64,000 bases of DNA from a virus (Duplodnaviria > Caudoviricetes): positions 1 to 64,000 of the IMG/VR virus record IMGVR_UViG_3300036770_003093; one strand, 5' to 3'. Numbering within the stretch: position 1 is the first letter of the stretch; each line of letters opens with the position of its first letter. A program made the position numbers and the translations under genes. Shown here piece after piece: positions 55,487 through 64,000 of the stretch. Below the pieces are notes generated by a model. It was not told the origin of the DNA, did not search any database, and worked only from the letters and a program-made list of their open reading frames with translations.

Positions 55487-57103
55487 TTAGAATGAGCCGC
55501 CAGTGATTGGGTTACGCATAACAATCTTCAAAACTTTGGTAGGGTCTTTTACCCAGATTGCAGGCATAGTCTGAGTCATATACACACGGTAACCGTTGAA
55601 TTGACCAGAGCTTGCAAATCCTTGAGAACGTCCCATGTAATCCATGGTACCGTTTTGGTAGAACCACTTCAACTGATTATCCCAAGATAACTTCAACAAG
55701 AAGATGTTGTCATTAGTGTTATCAGTGATATCAAAGATGATGAAGCTGTAAGAAGACAAAGGATAACCATCAATGATTGGGTTTTCAATGTCGTTAGTAA
55801 ATACGTTATCAAACGCAGGGTTCAATACAAACTTCACGTTGGCCAAGAAAGGAATCACATAGCTAGTGTACGCAAATCCAAAGTTCAAGTCCATACCTTT
55901 ACCAGTGATAGCACCGATATCAGCAGCTTGAATCACCAAACCAGAGCTGATAGCTTCTTGTTTGATAGCCTCGTTGACCATACGCATACCACCCATACCA
56001 GTTTGTACAACTAGTGAACGTTGTGGATCTGGACCTTTGAATTCAACTTTACCATTGAAGAAGTTGAAGATCTCAGAGCGGAACAAGTCAAGGTTGAAGT
56101 TGTTCTTGTTGTAAACACGCTTGAAAGAGTTATCAAGCTGCTTCCATAGACCTACAGACAAACGCAAATCATCTGGACCATCTTGTTTGATACGTCCACC
56201 ATGTCCCCACATCAAGTAGGTTTCGATGTCAGTAGCAATTTTGGTCAAGTGAGCAGCTTCCATTGTGGTCAAGAAAGTGCGAGACAAATCTCCATTTTCC
56301 ATAGCACGCTTAACAGCATCTTTACCCATAGTTTTTACCATGTCTTCCAAAGACGTGATAGAAGGATCCATGCGCTTATCAAAGTTACGCCAGATCTCAG
56401 TTACAGGTACAGTACCGTCAGCATTCATACCACCTTTGATCATAAGATCAGCGCGAGAAGAAATGCTATAGTGAACGTGAGCTTCAGCACCACCTACGTA
56501 GTTGTAGAACTCACGGTATCCAGCACCGGTTTGAATATCAGAGAAACGCTCTCCATATTCTCCACGCGCAGAACCTTTACGGAATACACGGGTACCATTA
56601 GCAAGATACTTGTTGTCCAAGAACCGGTAGTTGTCATTGTTCACCAACTGCACAGTGTAGATAAATCCATCACCAATAGGCAGGATATCTTCAGCAGTGA
56701 TGTACAATTCAGCGCCGTTGTATTTGTCATAAGTGATGATATCACCATGACCAAACTCACGCTTGTTAATTTTAATCTTGAAGGTTTGACCATCAATACC
56801 TTTAGTAAGGTTGTTAGGCTCAATATCTTCAATAATGTAAGGAAGCTCAAGGCTTACTGGGGTTTGCCATTTGTACTCACCGCGAGCGTTATCAACCTGG
56901 ATAACATTCTTACCGCCAAAAGAGGACATTTGATAAAGAGGCATTTCTACTTTCTGAGCCATTGCCCAAAGGTCAACGGGGCCCATATCCATAGGTTCTG
57001 CATCTTTCAACATGTTCACTAAGTGGTAAGAATCCACGTGAGAACTGGCAGCATACTTGGTATCTCGGAGGAATATACCATTATTTAAAACTGGAGTTGC
57101 CAT
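55487..57103 (-). CDS. major capsid protein (crAss-like HK97 fold)
   Basis: 538 aa, strongest codon bias in the window, order portal-scaffold-MCP, strong terminator, C-terminal WVKDPTKVLKI motif. Confidence 0.85.
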   Translation of the reverse strand: MATPVLNNGIFLRDTKYAASSHVDSYHLVNMLKDAEPMDMGPVDLWAMAQKVEMPLYQMSSFGGKNVIQVDNARGEYKWQTPVSLELPYIIEDIEPNNLTKGIDGQTFKIKINKREFGHGDIITYDKYNGAELYITAEDILPIGDGFIYTVQLVNNDNYRFLDNKYLANGTRVFRKGSARGEYGERFSDIQTGAGYREFYNYVGGAEAHVHYSISSRADLMIKGGMNADGTVPVTEIWRNFDKRMDPSITSLEDMVKTMGKDAVKRAMENGDLSRTFLTTMEAAHLTKIATDIETYLMWGHGGRIKQDGPDDLRLSVGLWKQLDNSFKRVYNKNNFNLDLFRSEIFNFFNGKVEFKGPDPQRSLVVQTGMGGMRMVNEAIKQEAISSGLVIQAADIGAITGKGMDLNFGFAYTSYVIPFLANVKFVLNPAFDNVFTNDIENPIIDGYPLSSYSFIIFDITDNTNDNIFLLKLSWDNQLKWFYQNGTMDYMGRSQGFASSGQFNGYRVYMTQTMPAIWVKDPTKVLKIVMRNPITGGSF

Positions 57104-57145
57104 GTTTTGTTGTTTGATTAAGGGTTAATTATTAAGTGTTAAAAG

Positions 57146-58402
57146 TTAAAATTTGAAAATGTTTTTGTTAGCGCGTTGTATAGTTTTTCTGGATTTATTA
57201 GTTGCTGTATCACTTTCACGCTCTACTACTGCAGAACCTACTCTACGAGCTTGTTCTGTTTTTAAGGAGCGCACAGTTTGCTCAGTTGCTGCGCGATTAC
57301 CTTGAGATTTAATTTTAGTTTTAAATCCTTCAGGATCTGCTAGCAACCATAGAGCTTCAGCAATTAACTCATGATTAGGTTCAACCCACTGATACTTTTC
57401 TAAAAGGTGCCCCAACAAGTTAGTTGGTTTACCACTAATAGATGGATATCCTGGTTGTACTAATCCAGTATAAAGCATATTTTGAGTCTTACGATCAAGC
57501 TTTACACCACCAAGTTCACCTTTTTCAAGAACACCATATACACTATCTACAAATTGACCTGCGATAGCTTGTTGTTGTTCTTTTTGTTTTTCCTGCTCTG
57601 CAATGCGACGGGCAACTTCTTTTTCTCGAACAGCCTCTAGTTTAGGTTTATACTGACTAGCTTTTTGCTCAAGACGATCCATATCTTTAAATGTTGCAAT
57701 CTCGTCTTCAATCTCGTCTTGTGACATATCACCTTTTAGAGATAAATACTGGCGAACAATTATTTCCTGATCATTAGGATCAGAAGGATCAAGTTCCATT
57801 GCCTCATTAACTTGAGACAGTTGTTGCATCATACCTTTCAAATCTGTTCCACCTTTAGATATATAATCCATAAGGTATTGCATTTCTCCAGGCATAGATT
57901 GAAAAATCTGCTGAGGAATTCTTTGAGAAAGTTCTGCTTCTTTTTCTTTCATGTTAGCTTCAAAAAGCTCACGAAAGTCTTTTGCAGAATACTCATCTAA
58001 AGGCTTGTCGTCATCAAATGGAAAAAGAACACCTTCTTCAATCATTTTTGATGCAAGTTCTACAAGACCACTCTTGTCAACTTTTTTACGACCACGACCA
58101 CTAGAATCCTCTTGTTGAGAGATTAAACTATCAAGTTCATTCAATGCTTCTTCAGCATCTTCAGTGCTTAATGATTCATCATCATTTGAAGTTTCAACCT
58201 TTGCAGCAGGTTTTGCTGGTTGCGGTTTATTGTCAAGGAACGAAGTGTCTACACCTGTAGACGAAAAGATATTAGGTTTTTTCTCATCTTCCTCTTCACC
58301 TTGAACAATGATGTTCTCGGCGCCGGGAAGAGCAAACAGTTCATCAATGTTGACATCTGCTTGTGTAACCTGTGTTACCTCTTCATTTTTATTTTCTGCC
58401 AT
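57146..58402 (-). CDS. acidic scaffold-like protein between portal and MCP
   Basis: Acidic N-terminus, coiled coils, conserved position in the crAss capsid module. Confidence 0.6.
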   Translation of the reverse strand: MAENKNEEVTQVTQADVNIDELFALPGAENIIVQGEEEDEKKPNIFSSTGVDTSFLDNKPQPAKPAAKVETSNDDESLSTEDAEEALNELDSLISQQEDSSGRGRKKVDKSGLVELASKMIEEGVLFPFDDDKPLDEYSAKDFRELFEANMKEKEAELSQRIPQQIFQSMPGEMQYLMDYISKGGTDLKGMMQQLSQVNEAMELDPSDPNDQEIIVRQYLSLKGDMSQDEIEDEIATFKDMDRLEQKASQYKPKLEAVREKEVARRIAEQEKQKEQQQAIAGQFVDSVYGVLEKGELGGVKLDRKTQNMLYTGLVQPGYPSISGKPTNLLGHLLEKYQWVEPNHELIAEALWLLADPEGFKTKIKSQGNRAATEQTVRSLKTEQARRVGSAVVERESDTATNKSRKTIQRANKNIFKF

Positions 58403-58422
58403 TGTTTGTTGGTTTATGTTAT

Positions 58423-58430
58423 TAATATAG
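58423..58430 (-). promoter_or_regulatory. putative late-promoter element TATATTA
   Basis: The same heptamer lies upstream of six starts (2033, 42793, 45840, 50061, 53192, 58423). Confidence 0.5.
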
Positions 58431-58510
58431 ACAAATTTATTATATAAACTTTAAAAAGTTGAAATCGTTAGAGTTGTAATCAGGAAAAATAGTTTATTAT
58501 ATAGCACGCA

Positions 58511-61285
58511 CTATTTTTTCTTCTTATTTGATTCTGCTTCTTTCTCTTTTTTAATGTTCTTTAAATCATACTGATTCTTGTTTTCACGAGCAATTTGTAC
58601 CTGAGCATTTATTTTTTCTCGTTCAACTTGTAACTTTTCTCTTTGAATATTTAGTTTTTCAGCCTCTGTAAGCTTTCTATTAGTTTCTTTTTCTCGTTGA
58701 AGATTAGTTTGCTCTTGGTATTGTTCTGTTTCTCTGATTTCTTTCATGGCATCTTGATAGTCAGATTGCTCATTTTTATTAATATCCATCATAGAACCAT
58801 AGCCGGCAGCTCTAATTTCAGCAACAAGAATATCTTTTTGACGATCTTTCTCTTTTTCTGCAGCCTCATATTGTTGTTTCATCTGCTCTTCTTGTTGTTT
58901 AGCCTGTTGTGCTTGTTGAGCAAGTTGCTGTTCTTGTTGATACTGCTCTTGACGTTGAGCATTAGTTTTCTCCTCAATCTTCTTAAGAACACCAGAAACA
59001 TCTGCCATAGATTCAGCCTCAATGATTTGGCCAAGATCATATATGCTTGCGCCGGCAGTATTGTTTTGAACAGCTAGTTGTTTAATCTGATCTAAGATAG
59101 CTCTATGATTAGCTTTGGTTGTAGCATATACACCAATGTCTCTTAACAACAGATCAGTGCCATTCATCTGGAAGTTAACAATCTCGTCTTTAGAAGAGAT
59201 GTATTGTAAACGAGATGAAGGTTTAGTAGAATAGTAGTATTGTGCAATGTCCGTGCGCATCTGATGCACGCGAGGCATTAGATAGTCACAGTGTTGTATA
59301 AAGTACTGTTCTGTTTGAGCATATGACCCAACAACAGCTTGCTCAATAGCAGTAGCTGTTTGTTGACCAATTTGTTGACCCATACGTTGTGGTGTTACAC
59401 CAACTACTTCAAAAGCTTGCATCTTAAAGTAATTAGCAAGCTGGATCCTAGACATTAGTCTTTCTGTTTGAGAAAGATCTAGTTTTTGGAAGTGATTAAA
59501 GTTTAACGCATTCTCAGTATTAGTTATACTAGTATCTAAAGGTAGCATCTGAAAGTTCTTCATTGCTACATACGCCTTGGCTAGATTATTCCTACCCCAG
59601 TCTTCACCTGCAGAGTGGCGAGGTAAAGTATTTTGATCAAGTAGAATTACTGTACCAAGCTCGTCAACAAGAATATCAGCAATCTGGTTATTAACAATGT
59701 TATAACCAATTTGGAAAGGTTTCATCAAGTCGACGAGCGAAGTTGATCTAGTATTACGATCTGAGAAAACAGAACCCTCAACAGGCAACTTACAACCATA
59801 CAAGGTAGTATCACCTTTCATTTGGTAGCGTAGTCTTCCTGGACGATTCTTTTGTACACCTAGGTAAATAGGATTAATACCGCCGGGGTTATTCATTCCC
59901 CAAAAAGAAGGGTGATTGGGACCAATCTTTACACCACCCCAAACATCATTAATCCAGATCCAATCAATGTGCTCACCAAAAATTAAATTGTCTTTGTTTT
60001 TATTCTTAAACAGAGTAGTGTCATATACAGGCTTATCAGTCACAATATAATCTTCTCCAATAACAGCTGTTTCTACATTTCCTAGTTCATCAATTTTAGT
60101 TAGATGGCCTACGCGTCTTTGTGACTTCCAATATACAGTTGTTACTCTTAGTAAGTGGGCCACGCCAACATCCAAGTAATCCTCGCTCTCAGAAAGAATC
60201 CAGTTTACAATATCACCACCATTATAAATCCAGTTGTCATATACAGATGTAAACTGACGATATGCAAGACTTGGCATACTAGTATTCCACTCATGAGATT
60301 TCGTAGCATCATAGTAGGTGCCATCATTTTGATAACCTTGAATAGGATAACCTGCAGAGCGCACCGGGTAAATAGCTTCTAATGACTTAAGTTCATCCTC
60401 AGTCATCAAATAACCATATTTATCAATGACATCTGAAACAGATAACATATCTGTTTTACCTACCCAGTTACCCTGGGAGATATAACGAATATCCGGCGAC
60501 TTGTGATAGAAAGTTAAAACTGGATTCCAGAGCTCTACATCATAGTCATCTTCCATCATGTGAAAATGCCAAAACTCTCTATCTGTGATCAACATGTCAC
60601 GAAAAGCGCGTTCTTCTAACTCTTCAATTTTGAAACGCTCCATGTCATGCTGCATAAGGTGGGTAGCCCACTGTTCTGCTTGTGACTTATAGTTAGTTCT
60701 AAAGTAATCTTCAATTTCCGGTAAACTCTTTAGCTTTTCAGGTGATAGTTCTTGTTGAGCTTCTTCAGATTCAATATCCATGCCCATTTCGAGCAACTTA
60801 TTTGTAATCTTAATTTGAGCATCAGTTAAAAGATACTCTTCAACCATGGACTTCTTTTGTTCAAGAAGCTCATTATATGAATACTCGTCAATAGCTTTAA
60901 AATTGATTTTAGTGTTTCTTTTAGCAAATTCAGACACAAGAACATTAATTACATTTGGGATAATAGGATAGAACTTAAGTTCTAGTGCACTATAGTCTTC
61001 TTGTGTAAGAGTTTCAACAAGATCTGACATTTCATTGTTTTCACTAACAATATAGTCTGTCTTATCAATGATCCCCTTTGCTAATTTGTAGTTCTTCATA
61101 AGGCGCCGCGCATTACGACGCAGTTGCTTTATACCATTCCACTCTAACCAGTCAACATTCCAGGCTGCCCACTCATCAGTCTTTTCTTTGTCAGGTATAA
61201 ATTGTAAGGGTTGGGTAACACTACCTAACCTATTGTAATCTGCCTTTGCTCCATTCTTGAGCTGTAATGCATTATATATTTGCAT
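58511..61285 (-). CDS. portal protein
   Basis: 924 aa, directly after the terminase. YPIIPNVINVL and SLVDLMKPFQIGYNI motifs and a Gln-rich coiled-coil C-terminus, typical of crAss-like portals. Confidence 0.85.
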   Translation of the reverse strand: MQIYNALQLKNGAKADYNRLGSVTQPLQFIPDKEKTDEWAAWNVDWLEWNGIKQLRRNARRLMKNYKLAKGIIDKTDYIVSENNEMSDLVETLTQEDYSALELKFYPIIPNVINVLVSEFAKRNTKINFKAIDEYSYNELLEQKKSMVEEYLLTDAQIKITNKLLEMGMDIESEEAQQELSPEKLKSLPEIEDYFRTNYKSQAEQWATHLMQHDMERFKIEELEERAFRDMLITDREFWHFHMMEDDYDVELWNPVLTFYHKSPDIRYISQGNWVGKTDMLSVSDVIDKYGYLMTEDELKSLEAIYPVRSAGYPIQGYQNDGTYYDATKSHEWNTSMPSLAYRQFTSVYDNWIYNGGDIVNWILSESEDYLDVGVAHLLRVTTVYWKSQRRVGHLTKIDELGNVETAVIGEDYIVTDKPVYDTTLFKNKNKDNLIFGEHIDWIWINDVWGGVKIGPNHPSFWGMNNPGGINPIYLGVQKNRPGRLRYQMKGDTTLYGCKLPVEGSVFSDRNTRSTSLVDLMKPFQIGYNIVNNQIADILVDELGTVILLDQNTLPRHSAGEDWGRNNLAKAYVAMKNFQMLPLDTSITNTENALNFNHFQKLDLSQTERLMSRIQLANYFKMQAFEVVGVTPQRMGQQIGQQTATAIEQAVVGSYAQTEQYFIQHCDYLMPRVHQMRTDIAQYYYSTKPSSRLQYISSKDEIVNFQMNGTDLLLRDIGVYATTKANHRAILDQIKQLAVQNNTAGASIYDLGQIIEAESMADVSGVLKKIEEKTNAQRQEQYQQEQQLAQQAQQAKQQEEQMKQQYEAAEKEKDRQKDILVAEIRAAGYGSMMDINKNEQSDYQDAMKEIRETEQYQEQTNLQREKETNRKLTEAEKLNIQREKLQVEREKINAQVQIARENKNQYDLKNIKKEKEAESNKKKK

Positions 61286-61286
61286 C

Positions 61287-63491
61287 TTATTTAAAGTTTT
61301 TAAATGGACTCCTCTTCATACCTACTGGCAATACAGATTTGCCCATGTGTCTAAACGGACTATTATTAAATTTACTCAATTTATCTGATTTTTCCAATTT
61401 ACCGTCATCTCTAATTACACGCTTTACATATCCCCGGTTTGTTTGCTGAATTTTAGCAAATGCTACCAGGGCAGAAAAAGCAACTAATCTATCCACGTTA
61501 AGACCATCTTGATAAGCCTGCATTTCGCGCAATAGCATTATATCAGGTATACGTTCAACACCAAATTTTGTACGTACAACTTTACCATCTTCATCTATTT
61601 CCTCATCTAGCTTTTCTTGCAGATACTCAATAGCATAAGATAGAAGATGACTTTTAAATAAGGTGCCGGTATTCTTCCAACCATAATCTGCATATACAGC
61701 TTTGTTAGAAGTAATTTCTTTCAAGAAAAGTATCTGATCTTTTGGTACCAAATACTTTTGCTTACGCTTCATCATCATGTATTGAATAAATAAGCTGACG
61801 TTATTCTCTACAAGAGTCCAAGCATTATAAAATTCAATTATGTTTTCTAGGCGCTCATGAGTTTGCTTAATATCATCAAAACGGCCACACCAGGATGCAA
61901 CAATTTTATCTCCCTCTACATAACTATTTACAGTATCAGCTTCAACCTTTGTAACTTCCGTTGGAGCTTTATACACAAATATCGAGCACAACGAATCTGA
62001 CGTTGTAGTTTTTCCTTCTCCCACAGGGTCAATAGACGCGTAGTACATGCCAAAAGACGGATCCTTAACAGGGCGCTCGTATATAACCACGACACCCTCT
62101 TTATCAACCGCATTTTTAGGGACTGGAAATTCATTAATAGGGAGCTTACGAGTTTCTTTAATAACAACTTTATCATGTTCATCACGAATTAAATTAACAT
62201 ATTCAATAGAAATTTCTTTATCTAAAATACGTCTAATTTGCGCATTAACAAGATGTTGTGGAAACTTTGACTCCTTTCTATAAGCAAAAGCCTCTTCTAT
62301 ATTTCTAGGATGCTGTGATATACGCAATTGATACTTATCTGCCGGCAACTCTTTCTTCCATGTGGCAAACTGTTCTTCTAATGCTACAAGGGCTTCTTCC
62401 ACTTTTGAATTGCCATATTCGTCGATAAAGGGTGGCATTGACCACTGCTCTGGTATGAATAATCCAGATTTTCCATGGGTGCCGTCTTTATCAATAAGAT
62501 TTGATTCCACCGCGTAAATATCATTTACCTCTGGTTTTAGAATCATTTCTTTGAGAGGTTCACATTGATCAAGATCACCTACAGATCCTGCTGCTATAAA
62601 CATACCACTGGTTATAAAACCAGATTTTAGTGCAGGTCTTATATACTCAAAAGTATCATTCATCTTTGGTGCAATACCGGCTTCTTCATGAAAGAAGTAT
62701 TTACATGGACCACCTACACCATTTGTGGGATCTTTCTCAAATGACATACCTTGAATAGTACCTTTAAGACCAACCTCACTTTTTCTATTACCCTTACGCA
62801 CCTCAATCTTCTGTTGCCACATTAATGTCTTACTAGGATTGAATGGTCTATACCATGCAGTATGCTCATTCAAGAAAGCAGCATATTCATCTAGCATTTT
62901 CCAGGTACCTTTCTCATTAATGTAATCTTTAAGACTAGCACCCATTTTTAAGGTAACACCCTCTTCAAACCAAACCTGATTTATAAGCTTTGCAGAATGA
63001 AAGTATGAACTAGCAATCTGACGTTTCTTAAGAATGGCGCTGTGTTTATAATGAAGCTCTGCTAGTAACTCATAAAGGGCCATATGATACTGCGCGTCGC
63101 GAACTTTTGCAAAACCAAACAGGCTCTCTTCCTTATCGTAAATAGGTAAGAAATTAAGCCACATGTAGTAATCACGGCATACATACCATGTCTTATCACC
63201 AGAAATAACTATTATACCATTTCTGTTTTTTACTTTCTGATCATCCCAGTAGTTGACAAAATCTTTGCTTTTAATAGGCGCCTGGCAAAAATAGTTGCGT
63301 TCATTAAATATGGTTGCCTGTTCGTTAAAGATAGCAGTGTCTTCATTAAAACCATACTGACCTGGTTCTTTAAACCGGTCAAGTACAAAAGATTTAAACT
63401 CTTCACGATTACCAAATTCTGTAACTTCCCAGTTTCCATTACGCCAGGTTGGTATACGCTCATAGTATTTTACACCACTCCTACTGATCAT
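61287..63491 (-). CDS. terL: terminase large subunit
   Basis: LKKRQIASSY Walker-A-like motif, FFHEEAG Walker B, YYASIDPV nuclease motif, LVENN, and NVDRLVAF. Confidence 0.92.
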   Translation of the reverse strand: MISRSGVKYYERIPTWRNGNWEVTEFGNREEFKSFVLDRFKEPGQYGFNEDTAIFNEQATIFNERNYFCQAPIKSKDFVNYWDDQKVKNRNGIIVISGDKTWYVCRDYYMWLNFLPIYDKEESLFGFAKVRDAQYHMALYELLAELHYKHSAILKKRQIASSYFHSAKLINQVWFEEGVTLKMGASLKDYINEKGTWKMLDEYAAFLNEHTAWYRPFNPSKTLMWQQKIEVRKGNRKSEVGLKGTIQGMSFEKDPTNGVGGPCKYFFHEEAGIAPKMNDTFEYIRPALKSGFITSGMFIAAGSVGDLDQCEPLKEMILKPEVNDIYAVESNLIDKDGTHGKSGLFIPEQWSMPPFIDEYGNSKVEEALVALEEQFATWKKELPADKYQLRISQHPRNIEEAFAYRKESKFPQHLVNAQIRRILDKEISIEYVNLIRDEHDKVVIKETRKLPINEFPVPKNAVDKEGVVVIYERPVKDPSFGMYYASIDPVGEGKTTTSDSLCSIFVYKAPTEVTKVEADTVNSYVEGDKIVASWCGRFDDIKQTHERLENIIEFYNAWTLVENNVSLFIQYMMMKRKQKYLVPKDQILFLKEITSNKAVYADYGWKNTGTLFKSHLLSYAIEYLQEKLDEEIDEDGKVVRTKFGVERIPDIMLLREMQAYQDGLNVDRLVAFSALVAFAKIQQTNRGYVKRVIRDDGKLEKSDKLSKFNNSPFRHMGKSVLPVGMKRSPFKNFK

Positions 63492-63993
63492 ATGCTAAGT
63501 TTTGGCCTCCGCGAACTGAGGATTGTTGTTCATCTTTAAGATCTCTGTATGCACCTTTAAAGCTTTCACGAATCTGTTGATACTTAGCTGCAGCATTAAC
63601 AAGAGAGTTGATATTACCATCTCTACCATGCTCAATTGGCGTATTTTCCATGTAATCTGCCAATCTATCAAGCATTGTTTTGATTCCCCTGTACGCGCGC
63701 GATGTTGGTGTTTCATACAGTTTCTTAACAACATCTAATGCATGCATGATATAAGCATCCTCTGTAGAAAAGTCAGCATCTATTTCTTGAAGAATAAGCT
63801 CTTCGCGATCAATATCTGGAACATCAAAAAAAGGATTTAGATCCGGGTTCATACAGGTCATGTAAAACACATACTGATAAATCTTAATATAGTTATCAGG
63901 ATATTCATCCATGATAGTCTTAAGACTTTTCATAGTGTAGCAGTGCTCAGTAGGCACCACAGCACCATTTTGAATATCAAATATTCTCACCAT
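63481..63993 (-). CDS. conserved protein upstream of terL (possible terminase small subunit)
   Basis: 170-aa helical protein overlapping the terL start; function inferred from position only. Confidence 0.45.
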   Translation of the reverse strand: MVRIFDIQNGAVVPTEHCYTMKSLKTIMDEYPDNYIKIYQYVFYMTCMNPDLNPFFDVPDIDREELILQEIDADFSTEDAYIMHALDVVKKLYETPTSRAYRGIKTMLDRLADYMENTPIEHGRDGNINSLVNAAAKYQQIRESFKGAYRDLKDEQQSSVRGGQNLAYDQ

Positions 63994-64000
63994 TGTAATT

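Noticed and set aside
56183-57022. 279-aa plus-strand ORF antisense to the MCP
   Set aside because: Shadow ORF expected from the strong codon bias of the MCP; no recognisable motifs or expression signals.
61287-63491. Intron or intein in terL (common in crAss-like phages)
   Set aside because: The ORF is continuous at a normal length, with no intein or homing-endonuclease motifs seen.
736-63738. Many short plus-strand and alternate-frame ORFs in the track
   Set aside because: All lie within long minus-strand genes, have shadow-like composition and lack independent support.
1-64000. Stop-codon reassignment (TAG or TGA), known in some crAss-like phages
   Set aside because: Genes are full length in the standard code. 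TAG (58511, 63481) and TGA (35444, 17527) end genes exactly at boundaries.
1-64000. CRISPR array, tRNA or rRNA genes
   Set aside because: No regularly spaced repeats. Intergenic gaps are short, and no cloverleaf or rRNA-like sequence was seen.

Overview
The window is a 64-kb piece of a crAss-like (Crassvirales-type, probably Bacteroidota-infecting) dsDNA phage genome. All credible genes lie on the minus strand and use the standard code. Read from right to left, it encodes: terminase, portal, a scaffold-like protein and the major capsid protein; a cluster of about ten tiny, mostly Lys-rich proteins; ring and auxiliary capsid proteins and a ferritin-like protein; a block of Cys-rich virion proteins; an IHF-like protein, tail ring proteins and the tail-stabilisation/muzzle protein; and about 35 kb of large virion-cargo genes, including a 3930-aa two-barrel RNA polymerase (DFDFD). 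Main observations: (1) four consecutive giant cargo proteins have Cys only within four residues of their facing termini, suggesting a head-to-tail disulfide-linked ejection chain; (2) a recurring [FYM]xxGG/LPKAQxG motif separates enzyme domains in three polyprotein-like cargo proteins and is shared with the small basic proteins; (3) a terminator-linked hairpin has a loop that is antisense to the AAACCAACAAA leaders of several late genes; (4) SLOG-, ASCH- and Macro-like modules are fused to the RNAP, and ART-like and cell-wall-enzyme domains occur in other cargo proteins. Family calls come from recognising motifs by eye; no database searches were run.
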